Of a stretch of DNA of 64,000 nt, positions 8,509 to 18,986 are shown piece by piece. The stretch lies in the IMG/VR virus record IMGVR_UViG_3300047160_001275, positions 1 through 64,000 of that record; one strand, written 5' to 3'. The number at the start of each line of letters is the position of its first letter. Positions within the stretch are counted from its first letter, which is position 1. A program made the position numbers and the translations under genes. The notes under the pieces were generated by a model that was not told the origin of the DNA, ran no database searches, and worked only from the letters and a program-made list of their open reading frames with translations. Source of the DNA: a virus (Duplodnaviria > Caudoviricetes).

Positions 8509-8849
8509 TGGCCTGCGACACACGGCTTAAGCCGCGCCAGACGCTCAGCGAGCGAAAGGCGGAAGTGAAGCAGGCGGTGGCCAAGCTGGACGCGCTCCTC
8601 GCCAGGGGAGCCGTCAAGCCCAAGGTCGGGCCGCAGGGGGCGATCGCCTTCCTCGACTGGCTCGACTCCGACCGGGAGGGCGTGACCGACGGTTGCGCCT
8701 ACCGGCAGGTGATGACCGGAGGCTCGGCTCTGGCCAAGGCCGCGATCGCGCGGGCCGAGGCGCTGGCTGGGCGGCAGGTGGACAAAGCCACCGTGGCGCA
8801 AGGGGCCCACTCGCATGACGGCGGGCGGACTTGGCGCCACGGCCACTAG
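8508..8849 (+). CDS. small hypothetical protein with possible metal ligands (MACD..., C-terminal HSHDGGxTWxHGH)
   Basis: TAATG coupling to upstream gene; Cys/His cluster. Confidence 0.7.
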   Translation: MACDTRLKPRQTLSERKAEVKQAVAKLDALLARGAVKPKVGPQGAIAFLDWLDSDREGVTDGCAYRQVMTGGSALAKAAIARAEALAGRQVDKATVAQGAHSHDGGRTWRHGH

Positions 8850-8904
8850 CCGAAGAGGAAGACGACCAAGAGGAGGACGACGAAACCGAAAGAGGAGCAG
8901 TCCG

Positions 8905-9702
8905 GTGCCTAAGCCGCACTACACCTACAACTACGCCGCCCGCGCGATCGTGGCCAAGGGCAACCAAGGCCCGATCCCGGTCTACGTCCAGCGCCCGTGC
9001 CAACCAAACACCCACACCCTGGTCGGCGAGGCCCCGGAAAGCTGGACCGCGTTGCAGGTCGCCGCCCACGTCGGAGTGCCCGACGGCTGCCTGATCGAGG
9101 GCAAGATCGTCGGCAGGAGCGCTCGCGCCAAGCACGGCAAGCGCTGGTTCCTCGTCGCCGACGTGTTCGTCCGCCACGGGGAGGCCCTGCGGTCGATCAC
9201 GCGCAGGGAATATTGGCCCACAAACGCGCCGACGCCGTCCAAGCTCAGCCGCGCAGATCTGGAGCGGTGGCTGGGCGAGGGCCTCACCTACAGCGGCATC
9301 GGCGTCAGGGTCGGGCTGACCCGCGCGCGGGTGCAGCAGATCGCCGAACGCGAGGGCCTGCTCGCCGACACCAGCCACACCCGCGTCCACGAGCGCTACG
9401 CGCGGATGGCCGAACTGGTCAAGCGCGGGATACCGCCAGCCGAGGCGGGCTGCATCGCGGGCGTCGCCCCGACCAGCCGGGGCATGATCGCCGCCAAGGC
9501 GGGACTGCAAGCGATCAAGCAGGCCAATGTCTTGGCTCGGATGGCTCCGCTGATCGAGCGGGTGCGCAATGGCGAGAGCATCCACAGGGTCGCAGGCGGC
9601 AACCGCACGCTGGCGACCAGGCTGCGCCGTTATTGCGAGCAGCTTGGCGTCAAGAGCGCCCACCCGTCCAACAACCCGCGCTACCGGAGGGATCTCCAGT
9701 GA
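8905..9702 (+). CDS. putative DNA-binding protein with HTH (sigma region-4-like)
   Basis: GTG at 8905 after GAGGAG; LTYSGIGVRVGLTRARVQQI helix-turn-helix pattern. Confidence 0.6.
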   Translation: MPKPHYTYNYAARAIVAKGNQGPIPVYVQRPCQPNTHTLVGEAPESWTALQVAAHVGVPDGCLIEGKIVGRSARAKHGKRWFLVADVFVRHGEALRSITRREYWPTNAPTPSKLSRADLERWLGEGLTYSGIGVRVGLTRARVQQIAEREGLLADTSHTRVHERYARMAELVKRGIPPAEAGCIAGVAPTSRGMIAAKAGLQAIKQANVLARMAPLIERVRNGESIHRVAGGNRTLATRLRRYCEQLGVKSAHPSNNPRYRRDLQ

Positions 9703-10391
9703 CCCCGTTCCAACACAAGCCCGACGGGACGTGGCCGACCATCCAGTCGATCGGCGCGCCGCACGAGATCCACGCCGATCGGATCATCTCCGAGATGCTG
9801 GTCCGCATGGCCAAAGAACAGGCCGAGATCTGGCCGCAGATCAAGAAAGAGATCGAGAGCGGCAAGGATGGCTCGCCAGAGGCGCAACTCAAGCTGCGCG
9901 ACCGGGTGATCGCCGCTGGCGCGGTCCAGGCCACCCTGGTCAAGAGCGGCAAGCGCGGGCGCTACGTGCTCGACTTCTACGACTGGACCGGATGGGACTG
10001 GGCCAAGGACCACGAGATCATGCAGGGCGACCCCATCCCGCCCAAGCCGGGGATCGCGGTGTGGCTCAACAAGGTCAAGGGCCTCGGCCGTCGGCAGTAC
10101 GACTATCGGGCCAAGCCTCTGATCTTCGTCACCCACCACGCCTGCTCCCGGCTGGCCCAGCGGTGCGGGGCGCGCGACGCCGACGATCTCCTAGCCGCGA
10201 CCTGCGGCATCTGGAACGCCGCCATCGAGCTATTGCACCGAAGCGGCTGGGACGCATGGCTGGCCCCGCCGCCGAAGGGCTGGCGGATTCCCTTCAAGGG
10301 CGGCGAGGTCTCGCTCGTGCGCCATGAGAACCCAAAGCGGAGCGCCTTGGTCGCCACCACCATCTACGAACCCAAAGGGGAAGAGAAATGA
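9699..10391 (+). CDS. hypothetical protein
   Basis: GTGA coupling at 9699; the C-terminal 230 aa of track ORF 8997-10391 are protein-like, the N-terminal part is shadow. Confidence 0.65.
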   Translation: MTPFQHKPDGTWPTIQSIGAPHEIHADRIISEMLVRMAKEQAEIWPQIKKEIESGKDGSPEAQLKLRDRVIAAGAVQATLVKSGKRGRYVLDFYDWTGWDWAKDHEIMQGDPIPPKPGIAVWLNKVKGLGRRQYDYRAKPLIFVTHHACSRLAQRCGARDADDLLAATCGIWNAAIELLHRSGWDAWLAPPPKGWRIPFKGGEVSLVRHENPKRSALVATTIYEPKGEEK

Positions 10392-11914
10392 TCATCCAGT
10401 TCGAGCCAGCCGAGATCGACGGCCTGATCGAGGCCCTCACCTTCGCCATCGCCGCCGCTTCCGGCGAGGGGGCGAAGGCCGACTGGTCGGCCCTGCTCAA
10501 GGATCTTGAGCGGGTGAAAGCGACGGTGTTCGCGTGATCCCGTCGCAGACCCATAAGATCATCGGCCCCGGTCAGACGCTCGCCGCTTCGATCTGGGCCA
10601 GCGACAAGGCCGTGGTGATCACCGGATCTGAGTTGGCGGACCTTAAGTGTCTGGTAACCAGACTCGGCGTAGGCGGTCCAATGACAGGCGACGAGATGCG
10701 GGACTGGCGGAATCGCCTCAACCTGATCCTCACAACCTCTGCCGTCATTCAAAGGGAAGCCCAATGACCACCGATAGAGAAACCCGATCCGCCAAACGCA
10801 TGGAAGGCGTGAAGACGCGCCAGGCCGCCGACGTCGACCGGCTCAACGCCCAGATCAACGCCGCCAACGCGGCGTTCGAGGATCTGCCCAGCGCGGCCTC
10901 ATTCCTGCACACGTTGCAGGTTCCGTCCGACCTCACCCCGGCGATGCTCACCAACCGTCCAGAACTGGTCAAGCTGGCCAAGCCCAGACCGCTCACCGCC
11001 GATGAATGCAAGATGCTTTACGCCCTGATCAGCGATCTGATGGAAACCAACGCCGCGCTCCGACGGCACGCGCAGGAGGTGGCGCGTCTGGCCGACAACT
11101 GGCTGACTGCGTTCACCGGCCTCGGCGCCGTCGGGCATAGGATCGCCCATTTCGCCAATTTCGAGAAGTTCGAGACTGAGGAATCCGACAATGGAGAATA
11201 ACACGCTCACCATGGCCGACATCTGGATCAAGATCGAGAAGACGGCTGACGCCCTCGATTACGCCATCCTCGAACTCGCCGCCGAGCTTGGCGATCTGGC
11301 CGACGTCGCCCGTCAGCAAGCCCTGCGCGGCGGCCATGCGATCGACGCCAACGACGCCAAGGACGTGCGCAACGCCTGCGACCGGCTGGTTGATTCCGCC
11401 AACGCCCGGCTCAATGAAAGGCTACGGGCCAAATGAAATTCCTGCGTGTCAACCCGACAAACGAGACAGTCTCGATTGTCCATGCCGCCAACGGCGAGAC
11501 GATCGACATCGGCGACTGCAGCCCCAAGCCGCTGTGGCTCAAGACGCGCGAGGATGTCGAGCTTGCCATCGCGGCGGGAATGGTCGACAGGCCGGTGACC
11601 AAGATCAATGGCGCGGTGATGTGGCAGTGGAACAAGCAAGGGCCGTGGGCATGAAGATCGTCAAGTTCAGCCGCATGGCCGTGCTGGTGATGTCCCCAGC
11701 CGAACTGGAGACGGTCGAGCGGCTCATGGACATCGCGCTGCGCATCGTCGCCCCGGAACCTTACGGTCTGGGCAAGGTCGAGAAGGAATGGATCACCAAA
11801 TGGCGCGGCAACCCGATCGCCGACGCCGAGATCCTGCACGGGTCCGCCCAAGGCGGGAAACTGTCGATGGAGGAATTGGTCAACCGGATCGACTTGCAGC
11901 GGCGGATCGGCTAG
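10388..11914 (+). CDS. run of six small coupled hypothetical early genes (10388-10537, 10534-10767, 10764-11201, 11191-11436, 11433-11654, 11651-11914)
   Basis: Successive start/stop overlaps (mostly ATGA/GTGA) and protein-like composition; no recognisable motifs. Confidence 0.6.
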
Positions 11915-12900
11915 GAGCCCCGCTGGCGGCCGTTCGCCGCCTCCGCCAGCAGGACATCGTTCCAGTCGCATTTGGCCGCCAGCGACGAAAGCGGACGGAC
12001 CTCGCCGTCTTCCGGCACCCTCACCTCGACCTCGATCGGATGCTTGCCCATCCTCAGCCGGTTGGCCAACGCCGTCGACGCCGCCAGCCCGGCGAAGTTC
12101 TGATCCCGATCGGCGAACACGATCAGATGCCGACAGATCTCAGGCGGCTCGAACCGGACCAGCCCCGCCGTGGACAGCGTCGCCCACACCGGCACCGTGA
12201 ACATCTGCGCCGCGCTCAACGCCGTCTCCACCCCCTCGGCCACCCCCATCGTCTCAGCCGGGGCGGCCAGACGGATCGCCCCGCCCTGCGGCGCTGGCCC
12301 CGGCATGGTCATGCGCGGCTTCTTGACCTCGGCCTTGCGCCCAGGCTCAGCCAAAAACAGCCGTTGCAGAATCGCGCTTTTGGCGTCGGGAGCGACGAAC
12401 TTCGACAACAACGCTGTGAACATCCCCTCGCAGCCGTCCTCGCCCCAGTACGGTAAACCGCTCACCCATCTGAGGCACGCGGGCCAGATGTCCATCCGCA
12501 AGCCCCGCTTCTTGAGGTAGCGAGAGGCGAGGTCGGTGCCGTCCAGCATCCTGGCCCGATACCACAGGGCCTGCATGTCGGCCTTCTGCATCTCCTGGGT
12601 GACGAAGCTCGGTTTGCGCCCGTCGAACCGCGCCCTCCCGATCACGCTCTCGACCAGTTTCACCGCCTCGGTCCAATCGATCTTCTTCCATGTCATCACC
12701 AAATCCAGGCCCGAACCGTGGCCGCAGTTGTTGCACCACCAATCGCCGTCGCCCTTGAAATTCGTGAACCGCCACCTGTCGACGCCGCCGCAGAACGGGC
12801 ATGGGCCGTTGCGGCGGCTGTTCAGGAAACTGCGGTCGAACCCCAGCGCCCCCAGAATCGACTCCCACCGACCGTGGGTCCGGTCAACGACGCTGTCCAT
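11911..12900 (-). CDS. phage primase (Zn-ribbon plus Toprim)
   Basis: GPCPFCGGVDRWRF...WWCNNCG Zn ribbon; GVAEGVETALS...LIVFADRD Toprim motifs. Confidence 0.88.
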   Translation of the reverse strand: MDSVVDRTHGRWESILGALGFDRSFLNSRRNGPCPFCGGVDRWRFTNFKGDGDWWCNNCGHGSGLDLVMTWKKIDWTEAVKLVESVIGRARFDGRKPSFVTQEMQKADMQALWYRARMLDGTDLASRYLKKRGLRMDIWPACLRWVSGLPYWGEDGCEGMFTALLSKFVAPDAKSAILQRLFLAEPGRKAEVKKPRMTMPGPAPQGGAIRLAAPAETMGVAEGVETALSAAQMFTVPVWATLSTAGLVRFEPPEICRHLIVFADRDQNFAGLAASTALANRLRMGKHPIEVEVRVPEDGEVRPLSSLAAKCDWNDVLLAEAANGRQRGS

Positions 12901-14386
12901 GCGCTTCCTTCCCCTTGGCGAACGCGATCTTGCGCGACTTGATCCACATCAGGGTCGGCCATGTCGGCGCGCGCGGGGCGTCGTCGTTCCACGCCCACGG
13001 CGGCCATTCTCCGAACCGGTTCCGGTAGCTCGCCGTCGGCCATTTCTGGTTGTGGAGCTTGTCGGCCCCATACCAGCGAAGCTCGGCGTAAAAGGCCCGC
13101 CGCTCGGCTCTGGTCCATTGCTTGTCGCCGACCTTGACCGTCGGCTCCTTGCCGACCTCGTACAACTCGCCGTTGACCGTCCTGACCTTGGAGGCGCGCT
13201 TGAACTCGTAGCCGCACCGGCACATCGTCGCCGTCGCCGGGACGATCTCGCCGCACCTTGGGCACTCTCTCGGCCTCGGCAATTCCGGCGGCTTCTTCTC
13301 CTCCGACCCCTCGGCGGGCTTGCCGCCGCGCAACTCCGTGCGCCCGATCTCGGTCACCAGCCCCAATTCGAGCGTGGCGTTCGAATGGTCCAAGATCAGC
13401 AAATGATCCTTGCCCTCGGCCTTGCGCAGACCCCTGCCGATCGCCTGCACATAGAGAATCTCTGACTTGGTCGGCCTGACGAAGCTGATGCATCGGACGT
13501 CCATGTCGACGCCGTGGGTCATCGTGCCGACCGAGCAGATCACCTCGATCTGTTTCATGTGAAACAGGTTGCGGATCGCCGCCCGCTCCTCGCGCGTGGT
13601 GTTCATGTCGACGTAAGCCGTCTTCACCCCGGCGTCGCGGAACTCGTCCGCCAGCTTTCCGGCATGAGCCCTATCCACAGCAAACAGCATGGTCGGCCTG
13701 CGATCAGCCTTCTCCAGCCACGTCCCCACCACGTCGGCGGTGATCTGCTTCTGGCTCATCCGCTCGCTAAGCTGGCCCTGGTTATAGTCGTCGGCCACCA
13801 TCTCGATGCCCTTGAGATCGGGCTTGGTCGGAGCGAAGCAGCGGAAATCGCACAGATCCCCAGCCTTGATCATGTCGCGGATGGTCGCCGGGATCAGCAG
13901 ATCGTCGTAATATTTGGCCATGCCCTTGGCCCAAGGAGTCGCCGACAATCCAACGAAAATCTTCCGCTCGTCCTCCTCCATCCACTCCAGCACCGATCGG
14001 TACATGAGATGGCTCTCGTCGACGATCACGAACTCGACCTTCGGATTCTCGCGCTTGCCCAAGGTCTGCACCGAGCAAATCTGGATCGGCGCATGTGGAC
14101 GCTTGAGCGGGTGATCGGCCTGCATCACCCCGATCTGCTCCGGGTCGATGCCGTTCTGCTCGAACCGCTCGATCGTCTGGTCGACCAGCGAAATCAGCGG
14201 CACCGTGAACGCGGCCCTGTTCCCCTTCTCCAACGCCGAGGCGATCATGTGCGCCGCAATCACCGTCTTGCCCGCCGCTGTCGGCAACTGAAGCTGCGGA
14301 CGTTTCTTGCCGCCGCGCACCGACGCCCGCATCATATCAAGCGCCTTGGCCTGAACCGGGCGAAGCGGGAACAGACCCTCGCTCAT
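12884..14386 (-). CDS. SF2 DEAD/DEAH-box helicase with C-terminal Zn finger
   Basis: LPTAAGKT (motif I), IVDESH (II), GLSATP (III), QAIGRGLR (VI), CPRC...CRC. Confidence 0.92.
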   Translation of the reverse strand: MSEGLFPLRPVQAKALDMMRASVRGGKKRPQLQLPTAAGKTVIAAHMIASALEKGNRAAFTVPLISLVDQTIERFEQNGIDPEQIGVMQADHPLKRPHAPIQICSVQTLGKRENPKVEFVIVDESHLMYRSVLEWMEEDERKIFVGLSATPWAKGMAKYYDDLLIPATIRDMIKAGDLCDFRCFAPTKPDLKGIEMVADDYNQGQLSERMSQKQITADVVGTWLEKADRRPTMLFAVDRAHAGKLADEFRDAGVKTAYVDMNTTREERAAIRNLFHMKQIEVICSVGTMTHGVDMDVRCISFVRPTKSEILYVQAIGRGLRKAEGKDHLLILDHSNATLELGLVTEIGRTELRGGKPAEGSEEKKPPELPRPRECPRCGEIVPATATMCRCGYEFKRASKVRTVNGELYEVGKEPTVKVGDKQWTRAERRAFYAELRWYGADKLHNQKWPTASYRNRFGEWPPWAWNDDAPRAPTWPTLMWIKSRKIAFAKGKEAHGQRR

Positions 14387-15223
14387 TGTTCTTCCGCCCA
14401 CTCCAAGAGCTTGCGCGCCAGCTTGGCCGCCTCTCCCCTGGCGAGCGTCACCAGACGCCTGCCACGGCTGCCGCCATGACGAATCACGAACTCTCCGTCA
14501 TCATCGCAGAACGTCAGCAGATCCTCCGCGTCCTCGCTGTCGAGGATTTGGTAGATCACCCACTCAAAGTTGTTCGGCTTGCGCTTGCGCGTGCTCCCAG
14601 AGCCAGGCGCCCTCTCCCTCACTCATTGCATCCCGCCTCGGCTGACGTCGCTCATTGCAGCGTCTCGCCCTCATGCCGATCGGCGTGCGTCTCGGAGTAA
14701 GCCCCGTGCGCCGCATTGACCACCGACTGGCGTGCGGACTCGATCCACTCGGAGACGTCTTCGATCTCCACCCCCCGTTGCACCATCGCCGCCATGAATC
14801 CACCCATCTCAGCAGAGAAATGAACGGCCGCCGCGCGCGGATTGCGCTTGTCGTAATAGCGCTGGGTCGCCTTGATGATCTTGCTCGCCGTCTTATACGC
14901 CCAGCGCTTGGCCTTCTTCTTGTTCATTGCTTGCCGCTCCAGCCGTTGTCAGAAATCCATTGCGCCTCTGGCGTCAGCTTGGCCTTGGGCAGGTCAGGCG
15001 GCCGGTTCCATCTGGGCGCGCACTCCCGGAAATGGGCCAAGCGCGGCGCAGCGTCCAGCGTCACCATCTCGCCGCAGTGCGGGCACCGCTTGCGCCCCCA
15101 TGTCCTGCTGGTCATCCCCGGTCCTCCCATTGCTTGATCTGTGGCCCGTCTCCCGTCATGCCCACACGGCGTCGATCCGCCAAGTTCTGCTTCCCCAACG
15201 TGGCCTCCCATAGCCTCATCCAC
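14383..15223 (-). CDS. three small hypothetical genes upstream of the helicase (14383-14622, 14652-14927, 14924-15223; the last has CPHC Zn finger)
   Basis: ORF track; co-oriented with replication genes; starts uncertain. Confidence 0.5.
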
Positions 15224-15704
15224 CCTAGAGCCTTGGCAGCCGAAGCCGCGAGCGAAGCGAGAAAGGAAGGAAGCCCTGTACCGTCGGGTTCCACCGCGCT
15301 CCGCTGTGCCAATGCCCTAGACAGCATCGGCACCAAGGCCCCGCATCAGTGAGAGAGGACGCTATCAGGTCGCCCCGTGACGTGGGGCAAGGCGCTTGGC
15401 TGTGGGTACGTCGCCCCTCACAAGGCTACTGTGCCGCCAATATCCTGACCTGTTTCGCTCCTTGCCAACTGCGGGAATTGAACGGGAACCGCCGGGTCAG
15501 CGGGCCTCTCTTCGCCACGATGCGCGTGGCCCTGCGCCTCGACCCATTGCCCGCTCCACAGACGCAGGCTACCGGCATTCCGGTCGTGGCTCTGGCGTGG
15601 CTTGGACGGGAGGAGGACTTGGGGATCGGCTATTTCAGCGCCGCCGGTGGCGCGTCTCAGGCGGGCATTGGCGACCCCATGCAGAAGCTGAAGCCGCAAG
15701 CGCC

Positions 15705-15820
15705 TTGACGGGGCCGGATCTTTTTGCTTAAGTTTGCGTCAGGCGACGCCATCTGAAGCTCGCGGCATTCGAGTTTCGTGGCGGTAGGGGGGTTGGTTCC
15801 ACGGCCGACCTCCCCGCCAC
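15705..15820 (+). ncRNA. candidate small antisense RNA (promoter plus hairpin) in the non-coding gap upstream of replication genes
   Basis: TTGACG(15705)-N18-TAAGTT then hairpin GTGGCG..GGGGGGTTGG/CCGACCTCCC-CGCCAC (15778-15820); no credible ORF in 15224-15878. Confidence 0.3.
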
Positions 15821-15878
15821 TTCCATTCATATCGACTCATGTCCGACCGAGAGTCAAGACAGTAGTCTGACGAAATTG

Positions 15879-16247
15879 TCACGCCCCGCGCCCCGCCGTC
15901 ATTTTGTGATGCAGGTCGCAGTAGCGCGGCTCCCGGTCGATCGGGCAAGGCGCGCAGCAATAACGGAAATCCTCACCCTTGGGGTCGCCGAAGGGATAGC
16001 GGCACTGGTCTGGCTCGATCGACAGGATCGCCAGCCCGGCGGCCGAGACGGTTGTGAATAGCGGGGATAAGTCAGTCGGCCGGGGCGGCAAAATTGCGGT
16101 CGCGCTGAGGCCTAGCCTCCATATCTTCCCAACGATCGCCCCATACGACCGCTGCATCATCACGGCGATCATCGTCGCCTGGAACTCGCCCACGAGGCTC
16201 CTCAGTTCCGCGATCTCCGCCTCGGTCCACAGATCCTCCCTTGGCAC
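15879..16247 (-). CDS. gcrA: GcrA-like cell-cycle transcription regulator
   Basis: WTEAEIAELR...IA...RSYGAIVGKIWRLGL N-terminal HTH and CRYPFGDPKGEDFRYC...YCDLH C-terminal Cys motif, both characteristic of GcrA. Confidence 0.8.
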   Translation of the reverse strand: MPREDLWTEAEIAELRSLVGEFQATMIAVMMQRSYGAIVGKIWRLGLSATAILPPRPTDLSPLFTTVSAAGLAILSIEPDQCRYPFGDPKGEDFRYCCAPCPIDREPRYCDLHHKMTAGRGA

Positions 16248-16972
16248 CCTTGGCCCTCAGCAATTCGCGCAGCACATCCTGCGCCTGTTCATCGTTGCTG
16301 ATTCGGGTTAACAGCAGCAAGATCTTTTCCAGCACCAGCGTCTTCCGTCCCCAGACTGGGGCCCCGGTCCGCCATTGAGGATCAACCTTGGCCCAGCCGC
16401 GCGCCGAGGCGCAACGCATGGCGATCTCCTCGTCGAGGACGGCGATCATCTCGGCCAAGAGAACCTTGCCTTGGCTCTGCGCCGACAGGAGAGCCACGTC
16501 GACCTCGGCGCGCGCTTCGTCGTCGGTCAATGGACAGACACCTGGGACAGTTCCAGCCAGCCCTCCCGCAGCCCGATCCGAGTCAGCGACAGCGACGTGG
16601 TCAAGAGGATCTTCTCGTCCAGCTTGGCCGCCTCGACCACCGCCATGGCCAAGGCGGCGCTTAGCAGCATGTGCCGGTGGTCCTCGTCATCGACATGGGC
16701 GGCGATATAGGCTTGCGCCAGCCGGATCATCCGGCTCGCCACGGTCGCCACGATGTCTCTGTCAGGGGCGTCGAGCGGCATCAGGATTCCGCGAACTCTG
16801 GCGTGAGGGGGCGCACATGGACCTTGCACTCCTCGCCGTGCATCTCCTGCGCGGCCAAGTGGTAGCCCTGAATGTTGAGCAGGCGGTTAAGGAGCGGATA
16901 GAGGGCGCGGTCAAGCAGCAGCGGGCGGTCCACCTGCATCGCCGTCTCGATCACTTTCTCTAGGCTGGTCAT
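16072..16972 (-). CDS. three small hypothetical genes (16072-16530, 16527-16829, ~16781-16972)
   Basis: ORF track, coupled overlaps; exact boundaries uncertain. Confidence 0.45.
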
Positions 16973-17972
16973 CTCCACTGGCGGCCTCCAAGTCCAACGG
17001 CGCCTCGGCGCCATAGGCGTCCCAGCCCGCGCGCCGCTGGCGGGCGTAGAGTTCGATCTTGGGAACAGTTGGGAAGTAGTCTTCGACCAACTGATAAAAT
17101 TCCTCTGGCTTCTCACTGTGGTCGCCTTGGTTGGCGTCGAACGCCGACGGCCATTGCCTTCCCTGCGCAGGCGCAGGGGGCTTGCCGCGCACCCCAACCA
17201 GCAGGAGTTCGTGAATGTTTCGGAACCAGTAGCCTAAGCCTTCGCGTTCCTTTAGCCACACGCAATGGCTGCGATAGTCAAAGCCCCATGCGGCCATGAC
17301 GTCGAGGGCGGCGTGGAGCATGGGAACCGTGGCCCACAGGAACAGGACACAGTCGTCCGCGCTGATCGACGCAATGTCGCGATCCTTGATCGCCCTCAAG
17401 GGTGATGTGGCATAATGGTTTTCAGGAGCCCTGTCCATCCCCGTCTCGTCCGACCAGGGAATGAACTGCCACGGCGGATCGGCCATGATGACGGCATAGC
17501 GCTTGGTCGGCAGGGCCAAGACCCGCTCGGCAAGGGCGGCCTCATGGGCGGCTCGGCGGGCCTGTTTCTCAGCTTTGGTGGTGCCATCGAGAGCGTGGTT
17601 GGCGCGCTTCTGAGCTTCCAGCACTCGCTTCTCGAAATCCTCTTGAGCCAGCTTGCTAAGGCTTTGCCAGTCGTGGGATTGAGCCTTAGTGACTCCAAGT
17701 TCCTTGTTGCTGGGCAAAGTTCGTTCTCCCGAACTATGCTCGCCTCCCCGCCTCTCGCCAAACTGTCGAATCAATTCTCCAGCCCGCCGCTCCGCGCGCA
17801 TCCGAATGTCGGTGGCGTCATTGAGCATCTGCCGGTCTCTGGCCTGCTTGGCGTAAGCCTGATAGGCGACCATCTTGTCGCGGATGTTCTTGACCTCGTC
17901 GACTCGCCTCACCTCGGCGAGGGCTGACTTGGCGGCGTCGTACAGGATGAGTTGAACAGGCTCGTCGTTCAT
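16911..17972 (-). CDS. MT-A70 family N6-adenine methyltransferase with N-terminal helical domain
   Basis: YAVIMADPPW, DCVLFLWAT, GLGYWFRNIHELLLVG, HSEKPEEF, KIELYAR. Confidence 0.9.
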   Translation of the reverse strand: MNDEPVQLILYDAAKSALAEVRRVDEVKNIRDKMVAYQAYAKQARDRQMLNDATDIRMRAERRAGELIRQFGERRGGEHSSGERTLPSNKELGVTKAQSHDWQSLSKLAQEDFEKRVLEAQKRANHALDGTTKAEKQARRAAHEAALAERVLALPTKRYAVIMADPPWQFIPWSDETGMDRAPENHYATSPLRAIKDRDIASISADDCVLFLWATVPMLHAALDVMAAWGFDYRSHCVWLKEREGLGYWFRNIHELLLVGVRGKPPAPAQGRQWPSAFDANQGDHSEKPEEFYQLVEDYFPTVPKIELYARQRRAGWDAYGAEAPLDLEAASGDDQPRESDRDGDAGGPPAAA

Positions 17973-18490
17973 GTCAGGGCGAAGCTCGCTGCTCGATTGG
18001 CGAAATGGCTGCACGCGAAGTCGTACAAGGCGACCGCGTCGGCCATGTCGGTATCGTAGCAGTCCTTGGCGATGTAGCCCAGCACTTGCGCCGTCTTGAC
18101 CACCATTTCCTTATCGGCGAATCCGTTGCCGCAGAAATGCTTGCGGATGGTCTGGACCGCCGGGGCGCGCACCGCCGTCTCCTGCAAACCGCAGACGGCG
18201 CGGATCGCCCCATGCATCAGCACGGCCGCGTCGCGGGTGTCGGACGACGTCCTGCCCTTAAGCGCCCCATGCGGAATGTAGGCTTCGACCGCCACCAGAT
18301 CGATCGCGCCCGTGTCGGCCCCGCCGATGAGCAGCTTCTCCAGCCATAGCGCGAGGCGCGGGATCGCCTCCTCGATCCGCTCATCCTTCTGGCGCAGCTT
18401 GAACACGCCGATCTCAGGCTTCGCTTTGCCAGAGAAGCCGAGCGCCCAGCCGACCCGGTGTTCGGCTGGGTCAAGCGCCAGGATACGCAT
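17969..18490 (-). CDS. RuvC-like Holliday junction resolvase
   Basis: MRILALDP..GWA, VAVE, DMADAVAL: RNase H-fold acidic triad. Confidence 0.75.
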   Translation of the reverse strand: MRILALDPAEHRVGWALGFSGKAKPEIGVFKLRQKDERIEEAIPRLALWLEKLLIGGADTGAIDLVAVEAYIPHGALKGRTSSDTRDAAVLMHGAIRAVCGLQETAVRAPAVQTIRKHFCGNGFADKEMVVKTAQVLGYIAKDCYDTDMADAVALYDFACSHFANRAASFALT

Positions 18491-18646
18491 CGAGCCTCGT
18501 CAGTCCGACAACCCACCACGCGCCCATGTCCAAGCTCGGCGAGGATGCGTTCGCGGCCAATGCCATACCGGCTGCCGCCCCAAATCTTGTCTGGTGGCCC
18601 CACCAGCCAAGTCTAACTTTGAGCTTGGCAAGTTCAACACGCATCG

Positions 18647-18901
18647 TTATTGCGCCGCCACCGCGTCAAAGAGGTCCGCCTGGAGCCCGAGCGGGCGCTT
18701 GAGCCACGCCGCCACCCGGATCTGCAACTCGACGCGCTCACGCGGCTCCTCGCCTTCCTGTCGGCGCAACCAGAGCGCATAGGTCCGCTCTTCGAGAGAG
18801 AAGCCCTCGATCTTCATCGGGTCCATATCGCCTGCGGCTCGCCGGAAATCCTCAAGGCGGTGGGCTGCATCTCGGAGTGCAGGCGGGAAGGCGTGAGCCA
18901 C
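18647..18901 (-). CDS. N-terminally shortened paralog of the adjacent GapR-like gene
   Basis: MKIEGF..EERTYALWLRRQEGEE.RER...Q.RVAAWLKRPLGLQA aligns with 18987-19313; in-frame TAG just upstream of GTG. Confidence 0.55.
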   Translation of the reverse strand: MAHAFPPALRDAAHRLEDFRRAAGDMDPMKIEGFSLEERTYALWLRRQEGEEPRERVELQIRVAAWLKRPLGLQADLFDAVAAQ

Positions 18902-18986
18902 GTTGCGCTACGGCGCAGCCGGAACGCCTTGATCAGAACTACCGCCGCCTCACGCGCCAACGTGGGGGCGGCTTCCTCAACATAAG

